This document shows, in pieces, positions 19,265-28,624 of a stretch of DNA of 64,000 nt. Position numbers and translations under genes: made by a program. How positions within the stretch are numbered: position 1 is the first letter of the stretch; every line of letters begins with the position of its first letter. This DNA is from a virus: IMG/VR virus record IMGVR_UViG_3300045135_002262, positions 1 through 64,000 of that record; one strand, written 5' to 3'. The notes under the pieces were generated by a model. That model had not been told where the DNA came from, made no database searches, and was given only the letters and a program-made list of their open reading frames with translations.

Positions 19265-19870
19265 TTACTTTTTTATTGTTTCAATCACTTTTAAAAATTC
19301 TTCAATATTTCTTGAGAATAAAAGATCTTGATGTTGTTGTAATGTTTCAACTGGTAATTCCCACCATTTGCTCTCTTTAAGTCTTGCTATTGTTGTATTA
19401 TCAAATCTTTTTCTGATCTCTTTCATTGGAGTACCGCCAACAATTGTATAAGGTTCTACGTCTTTAGAAACTACGGTCCCGGCTGCAATTACAGCTCCAT
19501 CACCAATCTTTACGCCACTCATAATAATACAATCCATTCCAAGCCAAACATCATTACCAATAATAATATCGCCATTTGATAAAAGGCCTTCAGTATCTTC
19601 TTCAATCCACGGATTTAAGAATGTAGTTACTCTTTGCCAGTCGTGGTTACCGCTTAATAAAAATCTGCAGCCTGATGCAACCGATACAAAATGCCCTATT
19701 TCTACTTTACGGTTATATCTGTGTTTTGGCTCTGTATGAATAGTTGGATTGCTGTGGTGTTTTGGTGAATCGACTGTAATTCTAACATGTTGTGCATTAG
19801 AACGCACCAAAGCGTCTTTATCTCCTCTTAAACATAAACCGAATTGACCCTTTAAATCACCTACTAACAT
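19265..19870 (-). CDS. CatB/Vat-like hexapeptide-repeat O-acetyltransferase
   Basis: IIIGNDVWLG..GVKIGDGAVIAAG.VV.KDVEPY..KWW. Confidence 0.9.
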   Translation of the reverse strand: MLVGDLKGQFGLCLRGDKDALVRSNAQHVRITVDSPKHHSNPTIHTEPKHRYNRKVEIGHFVSVASGCRFLLSGNHDWQRVTTFLNPWIEEDTEGLLSNGDIIIGNDVWLGMDCIIMSGVKIGDGAVIAAGTVVSKDVEPYTIVGGTPMKEIRKRFDNTTIARLKESKWWELPVETLQQHQDLLFSRNIEEFLKVIETIKK

Positions 19871-20076
19871 TATTTCTTTTTCTTTTTAGGTTTTGGTTCT
19901 TGGTGTACATCAATATACGTATCAGTATCTTTTAAACACTTTTTACAATACGGTGCTCTGTAAATACCACTACCTGGATTTGATCTATGCATTTCACGGT
20001 TTACCCAATAAACGTCGCTATACGCCACATCGTCTAAACAGTTACTACATACTAATGTTTTTTTACTCTTGGCCAT
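19870..20076 (-). CDS. Small CxxC...CxxC zinc-binding protein
   Basis: CSNC...CKKC. Confidence 0.6.
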   Translation of the reverse strand: MAKSKKTLVCSNCLDDVAYSDVYWVNREMHRSNPGSGIYRAPYCKKCLKDTDTYIDVHQEPKPKKKKK

Positions 20077-20752
20077 CTAAAAATTGTTGCATTTTGGTTA
20101 AGTCCATTCTAAGATCTTTAGGAAAGTGATCCGGTGCTTCACATGGCTCAACTTTATCATTTGTTTGAAGCGCTAATTCATATACTGATTTATCATCAGT
20201 CCCAATATTATATAATCCAGTTGCACCATATCTAATTAAATCTACAAATATTTCTGCTAATGCATCTGGATAATCAAAGTTCCCTATAACGTCCGTAAAT
20301 CCTTTGTCATATGGAAATGGATCAGGTTTTTGGCTACCACGGCAAATCAAATAATCATTACAATGCTTCATGATATATTCATCAGCTAATAATTTTGAGA
20401 TTGCGTATGCAGTCTTTTGTGGCTTAGCCTTAAATGTTTCTTTAGCCGGATGCTTTGAATGGATATACACATAATCAGTTGAATAGTGAATCAACTTAAT
20501 GTTTTTCTTATTGCAAAAATCAACTAAAGATTGCACAGCTCTATAATTTACATCAAAGATTGCATCCCAATTATCACTATAAGTATCTGTGTTTGCAATT
20601 AGATTAATTATCTCAGTTGTGCCTAATGGAATATGTTGCTGCCAATTTGTTTTGGTTAAATCAATTCCATCCTTTGAGCGTGAAATATAATGCCAACCGG
20701 TTTGACCGATTACAGCAGTACCTAAAAGACCATCTCCTAAAATTACTCGCAT
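20063..20752 (-). CDS. RmlD-like sugar-nucleotide reductase
   Basis: GDGLLG, HYSTDYVY, YAISK. Confidence 0.85.
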   Translation of the reverse strand: MRVILGDGLLGTAVIGQTGWHYISRSKDGIDLTKTNWQQHIPLGTTEIINLIANTDTYSDNWDAIFDVNYRAVQSLVDFCNKKNIKLIHYSTDYVYIHSKHPAKETFKAKPQKTAYAISKLLADEYIMKHCNDYLICRGSQKPDPFPYDKGFTDVIGNFDYPDALAEIFVDLIRYGATGLYNIGTDDKSVYELALQTNDKVEPCEAPDHFPKDLRMDLTKMQQFLDGQE

Positions 20753-20940
20753 CCTTCTAATGTTACGTTAACGATTGAATTATCTTTTGATGTGATATGT
20801 TTAATATAAGCGCTTGGATTCTTAATATTGTCGTATTTTACAACATGGGTTTCATAATGTACAACTACCGTACAACCGCCCGGTACATTTGATAGTGGAT
20901 TGTGTCTCCAACCACCTGTAGGTTCATAAACTTTTTTCAT
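20743..20940 (-). CDS. Hypothetical protein
   Basis: Coupled 65-aa ORF. Confidence 0.55.
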   Translation of the reverse strand: MKKVYEPTGGWRHNPLSNVPGGCTVVVHYETHVVKYDNIKNPSAYIKHITSKDNSIVNVTLEGCE

Positions 20941-20941
20941 A

Positions 20942-21484
20942 TTAGAATAACCATTTAGTTAATTTACTATTTAATTTCTTTAAAAATTCAGGTCTTCCTA
21001 TTTTAGAAACACCTTTATAATTATATTGAATAATTTTAGTTTGGTTAAATAACTTTGAGATTATAAATTTAAATCTAAACCAAATTGGATTAAATCTATA
21101 ATAATCCCCTTTATGAAAAACATAAACATACAGATTTTTTCTATCAAATCTTGATCTTAATGTTTTATTTTTATAATTATATGCAAACCCTTCTTTAACC
21201 ACAAGTTCTAAAAAGCCTTGCAACATATTAGATACACCACCTAAATGCGCAGAAGTTATAATATGCACTTCGGTTGCTGTTTTTAAGCAATGCATATAAG
21301 ATCTTGTCAAACTATCTGGCTTTGATCTTGAATCAGCACTTGCGTCATAGGAGTCCTTATACAAATCAATAAGCATATATTTGTTATCAGATTTAAGATA
21401 CTTATATCTGACAGTCGGTAATACAGATTTATGATTTATACCAGACTTATGAGAATCCGCTATAATTATAAGAGCATTACGCAT
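20942..21484 (-). CDS. Divergent flavodoxin-like fold (NAD(P)H oxidoreductase-like) protein
   Basis: ALIIIAD, IDLYKD and LQGFLE..V.EGFAY resemble flavodoxin_2, but the canonical motifs are degenerate. Confidence 0.5.
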   Translation of the reverse strand: MRNALIIIADSHKSGINHKSVLPTVRYKYLKSDNKYMLIDLYKDSYDASADSRSKPDSLTRSYMHCLKTATEVHIITSAHLGGVSNMLQGFLELVVKEGFAYNYKNKTLRSRFDRKNLYVYVFHKGDYYRFNPIWFRFKFIISKLFNQTKIIQYNYKGVSKIGRPEFLKKLNSKLTKWLF

Positions 21485-21854
21485 AAGCTAGTTGACGTGT
21501 TGCATTTCTTTGCTTCACCGTGTTTCTATAACTTACAATTGCTCTTGCAGCACAATCAACTCTTTTATCATGCGTATCTAACATAATTCTAGTTCTTTCA
21601 GTCCAACTAGATGTGTGGCCGTTTTCAAAAACATGTACTCGATTTCTAGAAGTTGTTGGGTTTAGTTGATAAATACACTCATCAGACCAACGGCCGTTCC
21701 ATAATTTTTTACGTCCAAAAGATCTGCGAACATATCCGTTTTCATATAACATGTAATACACGCTTGTTTGTGGATCGAAATAACAGATTGTACCATTATC
21801 TGCCTGTCGTTGAGAAGTAATCTCAATGCACTTTAGAGTTTCTAATTTGTTCAT
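21477..21854 (-). CDS. Hypothetical phage protein
   Basis: EITSQRQADNGT..Y.NGYVRR..YQLN; own class II-like promoter. Confidence 0.65.
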   Translation of the reverse strand: MNKLETLKCIEITSQRQADNGTICYFDPQTSVYYMLYENGYVRRSFGRKKLWNGRWSDECIYQLNPTTSRNRVHVFENGHTSSWTERTRIMLDTHDKRVDCAARAIVSYRNTVKQRNATRQLAYA

Positions 21855-21872
21855 GATATTGAATTTATATGG

Positions 21873-22322
21873 CTAATTAGCCATCCAGTTTCTAAAATTA
21901 GCTTGTACGATCTTCCAGCCCAAATCTTGTGCTTTCATAGATTTATGCAACGCGTTCATCATATCTTCGCTATAGGCTTCATTGATTTGTTCATTGTGTT
22001 CACTGTCAAATGCACCATCCCACCAAATCATTATAGAGATATTATCATCTTCTTCGGACTCTATAACTTTTGATCCGCCATAATTACGCTCATACATTTC
22101 ATCTATCTCTGAAATATATGCAGCTTCATGACCTTTTTTAATTAATTGAGAAGCTAATCTAGCTCTAGACGCTAATACGGTCTGTCCACTAGATTGAAGT
22201 CTTTCAGCCTTTTTATCTAAGGACTGAACAAATGCATAGACGTTTTTCTCAAAAGGATCCCTATTGATTCTCCTTTTGATCGTCTGCAAAATTCCAACTA
22301 TCTTCCCAATAAATGAATTCAT
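21873..22322 (-). CDS. Hypothetical protein
   Basis: Coupled 149-aa ORF. Confidence 0.6.
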   Translation of the reverse strand: MNSFIGKIVGILQTIKRRINRDPFEKNVYAFVQSLDKKAERLQSSGQTVLASRARLASQLIKKGHEAAYISEIDEMYERNYGGSKVIESEEDDNISIMIWWDGAFDSEHNEQINEAYSEDMMNALHKSMKAQDLGWKIVQANFRNWMAN

Positions 22323-22543
22323 TAGTCTTCTTCGATTTTTGAGTATTTGTACTTTTTAATGTATGTATTAATGGCTCTTCCTTGTGACTCTGCGTCGCGA
22401 AAAGCGACATAATCTTCTTCTTCAACTCCGTAATAAACATAGCTAGCATGATTAAAATTCACTTCTAATGATTTAGTTTCATAAGTATATTTAGATGAAA
22501 CTACAGTCGATGAATTATATGTATTAGTTTGTATTAATATCAT
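22322..22543 (-). CDS. KTSC-domain protein
   Basis: SSTV...Y...LEVNF..YVYYGV....F..AESQGRAIN. Confidence 0.85.
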   Translation of the reverse strand: MILIQTNTYNSSTVVSSKYTYETKSLEVNFNHASYVYYGVEEEDYVAFRDAESQGRAINTYIKKYKYSKIEED

Positions 22544-22860
22544 TACCCGATTACAGTGTTAACTAAATTCTTAAGATTATCTGGTTTACTTCCGATTTCT
22601 TTTGCAACAACTTCACCGTTTACAAAGCCAACAAATGTTGGAAGGTTTTGAATAGTAGTTAAAGATCTTGATTCTTGGAATTGCTCAACATCAACATACA
22701 CGAATGTTACGTTTTCAGTCTCTTCGGCATGTTTTTTAACTCTTGGCTTCATGACCTTACATGCACCACACCAAGTTGCGCCATACTGCACAACTACTCT
22801 TTCATTCTCGTTAACGATATCGGCTAGGTTGTCTTCTGATAATTCTAGAAGTGTACTCAT
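22543..22860 (-). CDS. Thioredoxin-family protein
   Basis: WCGAC active site; LPTF. Confidence 0.9.
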   Translation of the reverse strand: MSTLLELSEDNLADIVNENERVVVQYGATWCGACKVMKPRVKKHAEETENVTFVYVDVEQFQESRSLTTIQNLPTFVGFVNGEVVAKEIGSKPDNLKNLVNTVIG

Positions 22861-22918
22861 TTAAATATATGATTTTAATTAATAACTATGTAATTTATAC
22901 CTGAATAAGTATAAAAGT

Positions 22919-23716
22919 TTATCCTCTACCGAAAATCTTTTTGAAGATACCAAAAATGCCTCTTCTAGACCTTTGTTTCTTAGGCTTTGCTTCTTCAATA
23001 GGTCTTTCAATCCTTTCTGAATTAGGATCATCAACCGCAGTCCAAATTTCATAATGCACCCCAAAATCAGAATATGGATATATTGTGTGACCTGCGTTAG
23101 CCCAGCTTTTACCCCATGAATTTCTTAAAATAAAACCTTGGCTATTATAACCTACAATAACTAAAGCGTGGCCACCTAATTTTTGATCACCGAATGACGG
23201 TTTCCAGAATGTATCGCCATCGTTATAAACAGGCATTGCAATATATGCAGGCCCATTCTTATAAATAGATTTCTTTAAGCCTTCAATAGTTTGAATTCTG
23301 GCATAACCAATAATTTTATGATTTGCTGCTTCATTTAAAACCCATGCAGGAATATTTTGAAGTTCCTTCATTTTTCTGCGGTGATATGACTTTGCAGTTG
23401 GAATACCATATTGTTTAAGAATATGCATTGTATGTCTTGGTTGCATACCTTTTTGTGGGCGGTTAGGTCTAAGATTATAAACGAAATGTGTAGATAATTG
23501 ATCTGTTAAACCATAATCCTTTCTTTCCTGCCACATTTTAATTGCTGCGGCTGCATATGCAGAACAAGGACCGTCAACACCTTGATCCCATACGGGTGGC
23601 ATTTCATTTCTTAAATCTATAGATCTTGGATATTTATTATCCGGCTGTAAGGCTTCAATGACTAAATCTCTTGGATCGTCTTCTGAAAGCGCTATAGTAT
23701 TTACGTCATATCTCAT
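22919..23716 (-). CDS. Papain-like cysteine peptidase (C1)
   Basis: DQG..GPCSAYA, GGHALVIVGY, RNSWG.SW; late motif at 23721-23728. Confidence 0.9.
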   Translation of the reverse strand: MRYDVNTIALSEDDPRDLVIEALQPDNKYPRSIDLRNEMPPVWDQGVDGPCSAYAAAAIKMWQERKDYGLTDQLSTHFVYNLRPNRPQKGMQPRHTMHILKQYGIPTAKSYHRRKMKELQNIPAWVLNEAANHKIIGYARIQTIEGLKKSIYKNGPAYIAMPVYNDGDTFWKPSFGDQKLGGHALVIVGYNSQGFILRNSWGKSWANAGHTIYPYSDFGVHYEIWTAVDDPNSERIERPIEEAKPKKQRSRRGIFGIFKKIFGRG

Positions 23717-23728
23717 AAACTATATATC

Positions 23729-24268
23729 CTACTTGATCAAAAGATATGGCTTCCATGCTTCGTAGATGTGATTTAATTGCTTTAATAGCATTAAATAATG
23801 TGGCTTAGATGGTTTGTCTATCTTAACACCAAATTCTTTAAGCGAAAGATCAGCTTTAGAGTGATTACATTTTAAACAAGCAGTAACCAGATTATCCCAT
23901 GTATTTCCACCACCCTTTGACTGTGGTACAACATGATCAATCGTTAGTTTACGTTTATCTCTAGCACCACAATATACACACTGGTAATTATCGCGCTTAA
24001 ATACGTTTTGACGACTTGGAGGAATCTTATGTTTAGAATGTTTTACGTAACGTGGAATACGAATAATTGAAGGCTTATTGATCTTTAAGTCTTCATCAAC
24101 CATTTTAAAACAAACTGGGTGATTTTCAATCACTTCAGCGTTACCTTTATAAACAATGACAAATGCCCTTGAAGATGAAACAATACTTCTAGGCATATAT
24201 GAGGAATCTAGTACTAGAGTTTTTTTGTAATCCGGCCCATTGCCGTATTCTTGTGCATCTTCACTCAT
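23729..24268 (-). CDS. HNH endonuclease (McrA-like)
   Basis: RDNYQCVYCG, TIDHVVPQSKGG, WDNLVTAC..CN..K. Confidence 0.93.
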   Translation of the reverse strand: MSEDAQEYGNGPDYKKTLVLDSSYMPRSIVSSSRAFVIVYKGNAEVIENHPVCFKMVDEDLKINKPSIIRIPRYVKHSKHKIPPSRQNVFKRDNYQCVYCGARDKRKLTIDHVVPQSKGGGNTWDNLVTACLKCNHSKADLSLKEFGVKIDKPSKPHYLMLLKQLNHIYEAWKPYLLIK

Positions 24269-24284
24269 TTTGTTTGTTTAATTG

Positions 24285-24358
24285 CTCCTCCTCTTGGGCT
24301 CGAACCAAGGACACCCTGATTAACAGTCAGGTGCTCTAACCAACTGAGCTAAGGAGGA
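24285..24358 (-). tRNA. tRNA-Asn(GTT)
   Basis: Cloverleaf, CTGTTAA loop. Confidence 0.95.
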
Positions 24359-24369
24359 ATGTTAATTAA

Positions 24370-24445
24370 TGGTCGGGAAGACAGGGCTCGAACCTGCGAC
24401 CCCACGGTCCCAAACCGTGTGCGCTACCACCTGCGCCACTTCCCG
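24370..24445 (-). tRNA. tRNA-Pro(TGG)
   Basis: TTTGGGA loop; encoded CCA. Confidence 0.95.
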
Positions 24446-24454
24446 TAAAATTAG

Positions 24455-24528
24455 TGAACCCGACAGGATTCGAACCTGTGACCGTCTGCTTAGAAGGCAG
24501 ATGCTCTATCCAGCTGAGCTACGAGTCC
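24455..24528 (-). tRNA. tRNA-Arg(TCT)
   Basis: CTTCTAA loop. Confidence 0.95.
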
Positions 24529-24551
24529 ATTCTTTAAATAAAAAATTGTTT

Positions 24552-24614
24552 AGGGCTACCTGTTTGCGAGTGATCTAGAATCGCCTTAAGCCGGACTTTC
24601 GCCTCTAACTCCCT
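24552..24614 (-). ncRNA. Unassigned ~63-nt three-way-junction RNA between tRNAs
   Basis: Closing stem AGGG(A)GTTA/TAGCCCT, GGC-GAAA-GTC tetraloop hairpin, GCGA/TCGC hairpin. Confidence 0.45.
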
Positions 24615-24627
24615 TTATGTGTAGTTG

Positions 24628-24699
24628 TAGTCCGTACGAGAATCGAACTCGTGTCTTCACCGTGAAAGGGTGATGTCCTAACCCCTAGACGAACGGACC
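24628..24699 (-). tRNA. tRNA-Glu(TTC)
   Basis: CTTTCAC loop. Confidence 0.95.
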
Positions 24700-24704
24700 A
24701 ATTT

Positions 24705-24781
24705 TGGCGGTCTGGACGAGATTCGAACTCGCGACCCCATGCGTGACAGGCATGTATTCTAACCAACTGAACTACCAGACC
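24705..24781 (-). tRNA. tRNA-Asp(GTC)
   Basis: CTGTCAC loop; encoded CCA. Confidence 0.95.
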
Positions 24782-24859
24782 AATTGTAGGTCATCGCTTA
24801 ACCTACTGAAGTTGATCAGACTTCATTTGAGTACATCAACAGACGCTCGACGATTTTTG

Positions 24860-24944
24860 CAGAGGAAGAGGGATTCGAACCCCCGGTAGCTTGCACTACG
24901 CTGGTTTTCAAGACCAGTCCATTCGACCGCTCTGGCATTCCTCT
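24860..24944 (-). tRNA. tRNA-Ser(TGA)
   Basis: CTTGAAA loop; long variable arm. Confidence 0.93.
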
Positions 24945-24991
24945 GTAAGTCTTTATATATTTGCTATTGTAACAAATATAGTCTAAATTTG

Positions 24992-25062
24992 TTACCCGAC
25001 TAGGATTCGAACCTAGAATGACTGGACCAAAACCAGTAGTGTTGCCGTTACACCATCGGGCA
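24992..25062 (-). tRNA. tRNA-Gln(TTG)
   Basis: U1:A72; TTTTGGT loop. Confidence 0.93.
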
Positions 25063-25069
25063 TTAAAAA

Positions 25070-25290
25070 AGATCAACCCACTAAATTCTCGGTAAACAAA
25101 TATAGGGTTGATCTGTACAGCCTGGTTGCGTATGTTGACTGCCATAACACCGATCGCAATGATGAGGCCAATTTATTTCCGTCATATTTCTATAACCGCC
25201 AGTGTTGCCTTTCGAAGTGCTTTCACTAACTTATTTCTTCCAGGAGCCTGGCAGGTCCTGTTAGTATACTCACAATCTACTTTTTCTATC
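25070..25290 (-). ncRNA. Unassigned structured RNA between tRNA-Leu and tRNA-Gln
   Basis: ACTAAC/GTTAGT enclosing CAGGA/TCCTG; GCCT/AGGC enclosing TTGCG/CGCAA; 10-bp AGATCAACCC/GGGTTGATCT. Confidence 0.5.
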
Positions 25291-25300
25291 ATCACTTTTG

Positions 25301-25386
25301 TACCACGGGACGGGCTCGAACCGTCACGGCCATTGCTGGCCATCGGATTTTAAGTCCGACGTGTCTACCAATTCCACCACCATGGC
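25301..25386 (-). tRNA. tRNA-Leu(TAA)
   Basis: CTTAAAA loop; long variable arm. Confidence 0.93.
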
Positions 25387-25440
25387 ATAGTACTAATTTC
25401 CTCAAGTCAAAGAACTTTCTTTGTTCTGTATTTATACTGT

Positions 25441-25471
25441 CAAATATAACCAAAGTTTCTCAAACAAAAAA
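25441..25471 (-). promoter_or_regulatory. Bacteroidota-type promoter (TTTG ... TATATTTG) driving the tRNA array
   Basis: TTTTTTGTTTGAGAAACTTTGGTTATATTTG. Confidence 0.65.
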
Positions 25472-25497
25472 CTTTTTAGCGATTATTTTCGCAATAT

Positions 25498-26190
25498 TTA
25501 TTTAAATTTCATCTTTCTACCTTTAGTCCATCCTTCAGATAGATAAGAATCAATTTCTGTATTTTTTATCTTAATACATTGTTTTGTTTCAACGTTATGA
25601 ATCCAACATGTACCGAATTGTGAGTTTTTTTCTCCACTTTGTTTTCCTTTAGAAGATTCTGCAATTTTAGCTTTGGTCTCAGAACTGTGAGTTCTTCCTT
25701 TCCAATTACCCCATTGCTTTGGAATTCTTCTTCCTTCTTTAATTGCTTTATAGTAAGCTTCACTTATTGCTTTACTATTTTTAGCAGCGTATTCGGGATC
25801 AGTTTGTCTTAAACGTTTTATAGTTTCCATTGCCCTTTTCCCTCCTTTTGCGAGCTGTTCTTTAGTCATTGTCCCAGCACCTCCTTGTCCACCAATCGCA
25901 AGATTCATGCACAATGTGTCATTAAGCAATTCTTCATTAACTAGCTCAGCTTCACGTTGCTTTAATTCTTTTCTAGTTGGAAGAAACTCTAGGATTTCTG
26001 TTTGATGATTTTCAAGTCCGTGTTTATTTATAGAATACCATAAATGTTTACCAGAACCTACATATCCATCATCTAGATTATCCGTAGAGTGCATACCTAT
26101 ATAATACTTATTTGTAATCAAACACATAGTTTTATAGATATAATGATATTTCCTTCTAGAAGCTCTTCTAACTTTATTGCCATTTTCCAT
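25498..26190 (-). mobile_element. Free-standing GIY-YIG (Seg-like) homing endonuclease with NUMOD3-type repeat, inserted in the tRNA region
   Basis: YIYK..LITNKYYIGMHST..GYVGSG; HSSETKAKI; GEKNSQFG. Confidence 0.85.
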
Positions 26191-26229
26191 AGTTTATATA
26201 TCTACGAAAAATGGCAAAAAGTTTCACGG

Positions 26230-26302
26230 AGCCTCCAGCCGGATTCGAACCGACGACCCGCACATTACAAATGTGCTGCTCTACCAGCTGAGCTATGGAG
26301 GC
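26230..26302 (-). tRNA. tRNA-Thr(TGT)
   Basis: TTTGTAA loop. Confidence 0.95.
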
Positions 26303-26306
26303 AAAT

Positions 26307-26366
26307 CACTCTATATCCTTGCGGCCTTACTTCCAATTCCCAATCGGGTCTCTTCGTTATAGAGTG
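26307..26366 (-). ncRNA. Unassigned ~60-nt stem-loop RNA upstream of tRNA-Thr
   Basis: 9-bp CACTCTATA/TATAGAGTG closing stem; starts ~25 nt after a class II promoter (26392-26420). Confidence 0.45.
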
Positions 26367-26448
26367 CAATCATTATTTCCAAAGAACATAGATTATACCA
26401 GGCATAATCCGAATGTTTCAATGTATAAAACATATTTATCTACTTTTT

Positions 26449-27969
26449 TTAACCTTTATAACTACTCTTCAAAGAAACGGTATGATTCCAAGAATCCCCA
26501 TCTTTCATATAATATCCATGACGAATAAATTGCACAGGCTCTACATAATCAAGACTAACTAACGGTTCTCCGAAAGCTGTAATGGTGCCCATATCTAATC
26601 CATCAAAATGGTTGAGTTTAATCTCTTCACAGTCTAATCTGTTAACCCAATGGATAGTTCCTTTTGCTTTAACATCTGTCTCCATACCTGAAAAACTGTC
26701 TGGGTAGTGCTCACAAAATACTTCCATGATTTTACCATCAACTTCAAGATAATCGACAGCTTTCACAATACAAACTCCTTTTAGTCTAACATTTCCACCT
26801 AATTTTAAGCGGTTGTATTTTCTATTTGCTTCTACTCTAAAATCATCGCGCTCAATCCAAAACTGCTCTGAGTAATTAACCTTTCGAGACCCGGCTGCAG
26901 TATCTTCTGGGTTATTTTCAAGTTGTGCAGTTCCCTCTTCAAATGGTGTAACGATCGTTAATTTAATTGGGTCTTTAACCACCATTCTACGCAATGCATT
27001 TTGATTTAATTCATCTCGTAAAATACCATCTAATAAACTACGCTCGATTACACTATCGCGCTTGGTAATTCCTACCTTATCACAAAAAGTTCTGATCGAG
27101 CTTGCTGTATATCCTCTACGTCTTAAACCTTTTAGTGTTGGCATTCTTGGGTCATCCCATCCATCAACTACACCATCTTCAACCAATTCTTTTAACCATC
27201 TTTTACTTAGTCGAATTCCTTCAACATTAAGTCTTGAGAATTCTATTTGACGTGGTAACGGTCTGTTTAAATCCAAATTCTCTAAAACCCAGTTATAGAA
27301 TGGTCGGTGTGGTTCAAACTCTAATGTACAAAGTGAATGAGTAATGCCTTCATACCAATCTGAAAGTGGATGTGCAAAATCATACATTGGATAGGCTTTA
27401 TACTTATCGCCAGTGTTATGGTGAATTGCATCAACTTTACGATAGATCACAGGATCTCTCATCAATAAGTTTGGATCTGCCATATCCACTTTAGCTCTTA
27501 AGACTGAATTAGATTTACCGTCTAAAAGATCTTGGAATAGCATTGCATTTTCTGAAGCAGTTCTATTTCTATATGGAGAGTCTTGACCTGGGTTTTCCAG
27601 ATCACCTTTCATTGCTGCGATTTCTTCACTCGTAGAATCATCAATATATGCAAGTCCTTTCTCGATTAACTCGGCTGCACAATCTCTTAAGAAATCAAAA
27701 TAGTCACTTGCCCAGAATGTATTGTCAGGTTGGAAGCCTAACCAATTAATATCCTCTTTAATACTATCAACAAAGATTTGATCTTCTGCTAATGGGTTAG
27801 TATCATCGAAACGTAAATTACATTCTGTGTTGTATTTTTTAGCTAAGCCAAAGTTAAGGCAAATAGCTTTAGCATGGCCTAAATGTAGATGGCCGTTAGG
27901 CTCCGGCGGGAATCTAAAGCGCAGATTCTGCTTATCTCCAGATTCTATAATTTCTTCAATAAAATTCAT
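26449..27969 (-). CDS. glnS: Glutaminyl-tRNA synthetase
   Basis: RFPPEPNGHLHLGH, RFDDTNP, YPMYDFAH, ITHSLCTLEF, LSKR, GWDDPRMPT, KGTIHWV. Confidence 0.95.
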   Translation of the reverse strand: MNFIEEIIESGDKQNLRFRFPPEPNGHLHLGHAKAICLNFGLAKKYNTECNLRFDDTNPLAEDQIFVDSIKEDINWLGFQPDNTFWASDYFDFLRDCAAELIEKGLAYIDDSTSEEIAAMKGDLENPGQDSPYRNRTASENAMLFQDLLDGKSNSVLRAKVDMADPNLLMRDPVIYRKVDAIHHNTGDKYKAYPMYDFAHPLSDWYEGITHSLCTLEFEPHRPFYNWVLENLDLNRPLPRQIEFSRLNVEGIRLSKRWLKELVEDGVVDGWDDPRMPTLKGLRRRGYTASSIRTFCDKVGITKRDSVIERSLLDGILRDELNQNALRRMVVKDPIKLTIVTPFEEGTAQLENNPEDTAAGSRKVNYSEQFWIERDDFRVEANRKYNRLKLGGNVRLKGVCIVKAVDYLEVDGKIMEVFCEHYPDSFSGMETDVKAKGTIHWVNRLDCEEIKLNHFDGLDMGTITAFGEPLVSLDYVEPVQFIRHGYYMKDGDSWNHTVSLKSSYKG

Positions 27970-28109
27970 CGATCTATAGAATTGTTATAATTTATATTAT
28001 TATACTGTATTTTGGTTAAAAGTTACAATAAAATCTTAAATTTTGCTAAATTTTTTTTAGTTTCAAAATATCAACATATTATGCGTAAAACTGACAAATT
28101 TGGCAAATT

Positions 28110-28230
28110 GCGGCCTATACATAAAATATAACGGTTTGATAGATAAACTGTTGGAAGGCCGCGCTGAACAGGGGTGCACTACGTAGCACGTCAAAAAAAG
28201 GTTCAGATGCGCCCAACACGGGAACGCGTC
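28110..28230 (+). ncRNA. Unassigned three-hairpin structured element on the plus strand
   Basis: GCGGCCT/AGGCCGC, AACGGTTT/AAACTGTT, CTGAAC/GTTCAG, GTGC/GCAC, ATGCG/CGCGT; G-U wobbles favour the + strand. Confidence 0.55.
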
Positions 28231-28258
28231 AAGCCCACGTGAATAATATATAATTTAT

Positions 28259-28624
28259 ATGGAGCTTTTATCTTTAAATTGGTATATTTCACAGCCGATT
28301 GATTTCGAGCAGAAGCAGTATATGCTCTACGCGTACCTGCAAAATGTAGATAAATCTTTTCTACAGATGCGCGTTAGTCCACATCTTTTACACTTAGAAA
28401 GGCTTAACGATAACATGATGGATTTCTACCAGAAGTTTACAAGCTTCGATACGGAATTAGAATCTAAGAGATACAAGTATTTTTGCTCACCTGCGTTAGA
28501 AAACAAAGAAAATGAGTTTCTAACAGAGGTATTTGACATTGTAGATTTCTCTATACCACTCGTACGTGGGAAGATCTTACAAGGTTATAAAATACTTAAG
28601 AAGAATGATCAGCTTCTATATTAA
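28259..28624 (+). CDS. Hypothetical protein (one of two credible + strand genes)
   Basis: W...PIDFEQKQYMLYAYLQ; late motif at 28245-28252 immediately upstream. Confidence 0.75.
   Translation: MELLSLNWYISQPIDFEQKQYMLYAYLQNVDKSFLQMRVSPHLLHLERLNDNMMDFYQKFTSFDTELESKRYKYFCSPALENKENEFLTEVFDIVDFSIPLVRGKILQGYKILKKNDQLLY

Noticed and set aside
24552-24614. Hammerhead ribozyme
   Set aside because: It is a three-way junction with GAAA but has no CUGANGA core on either strand.
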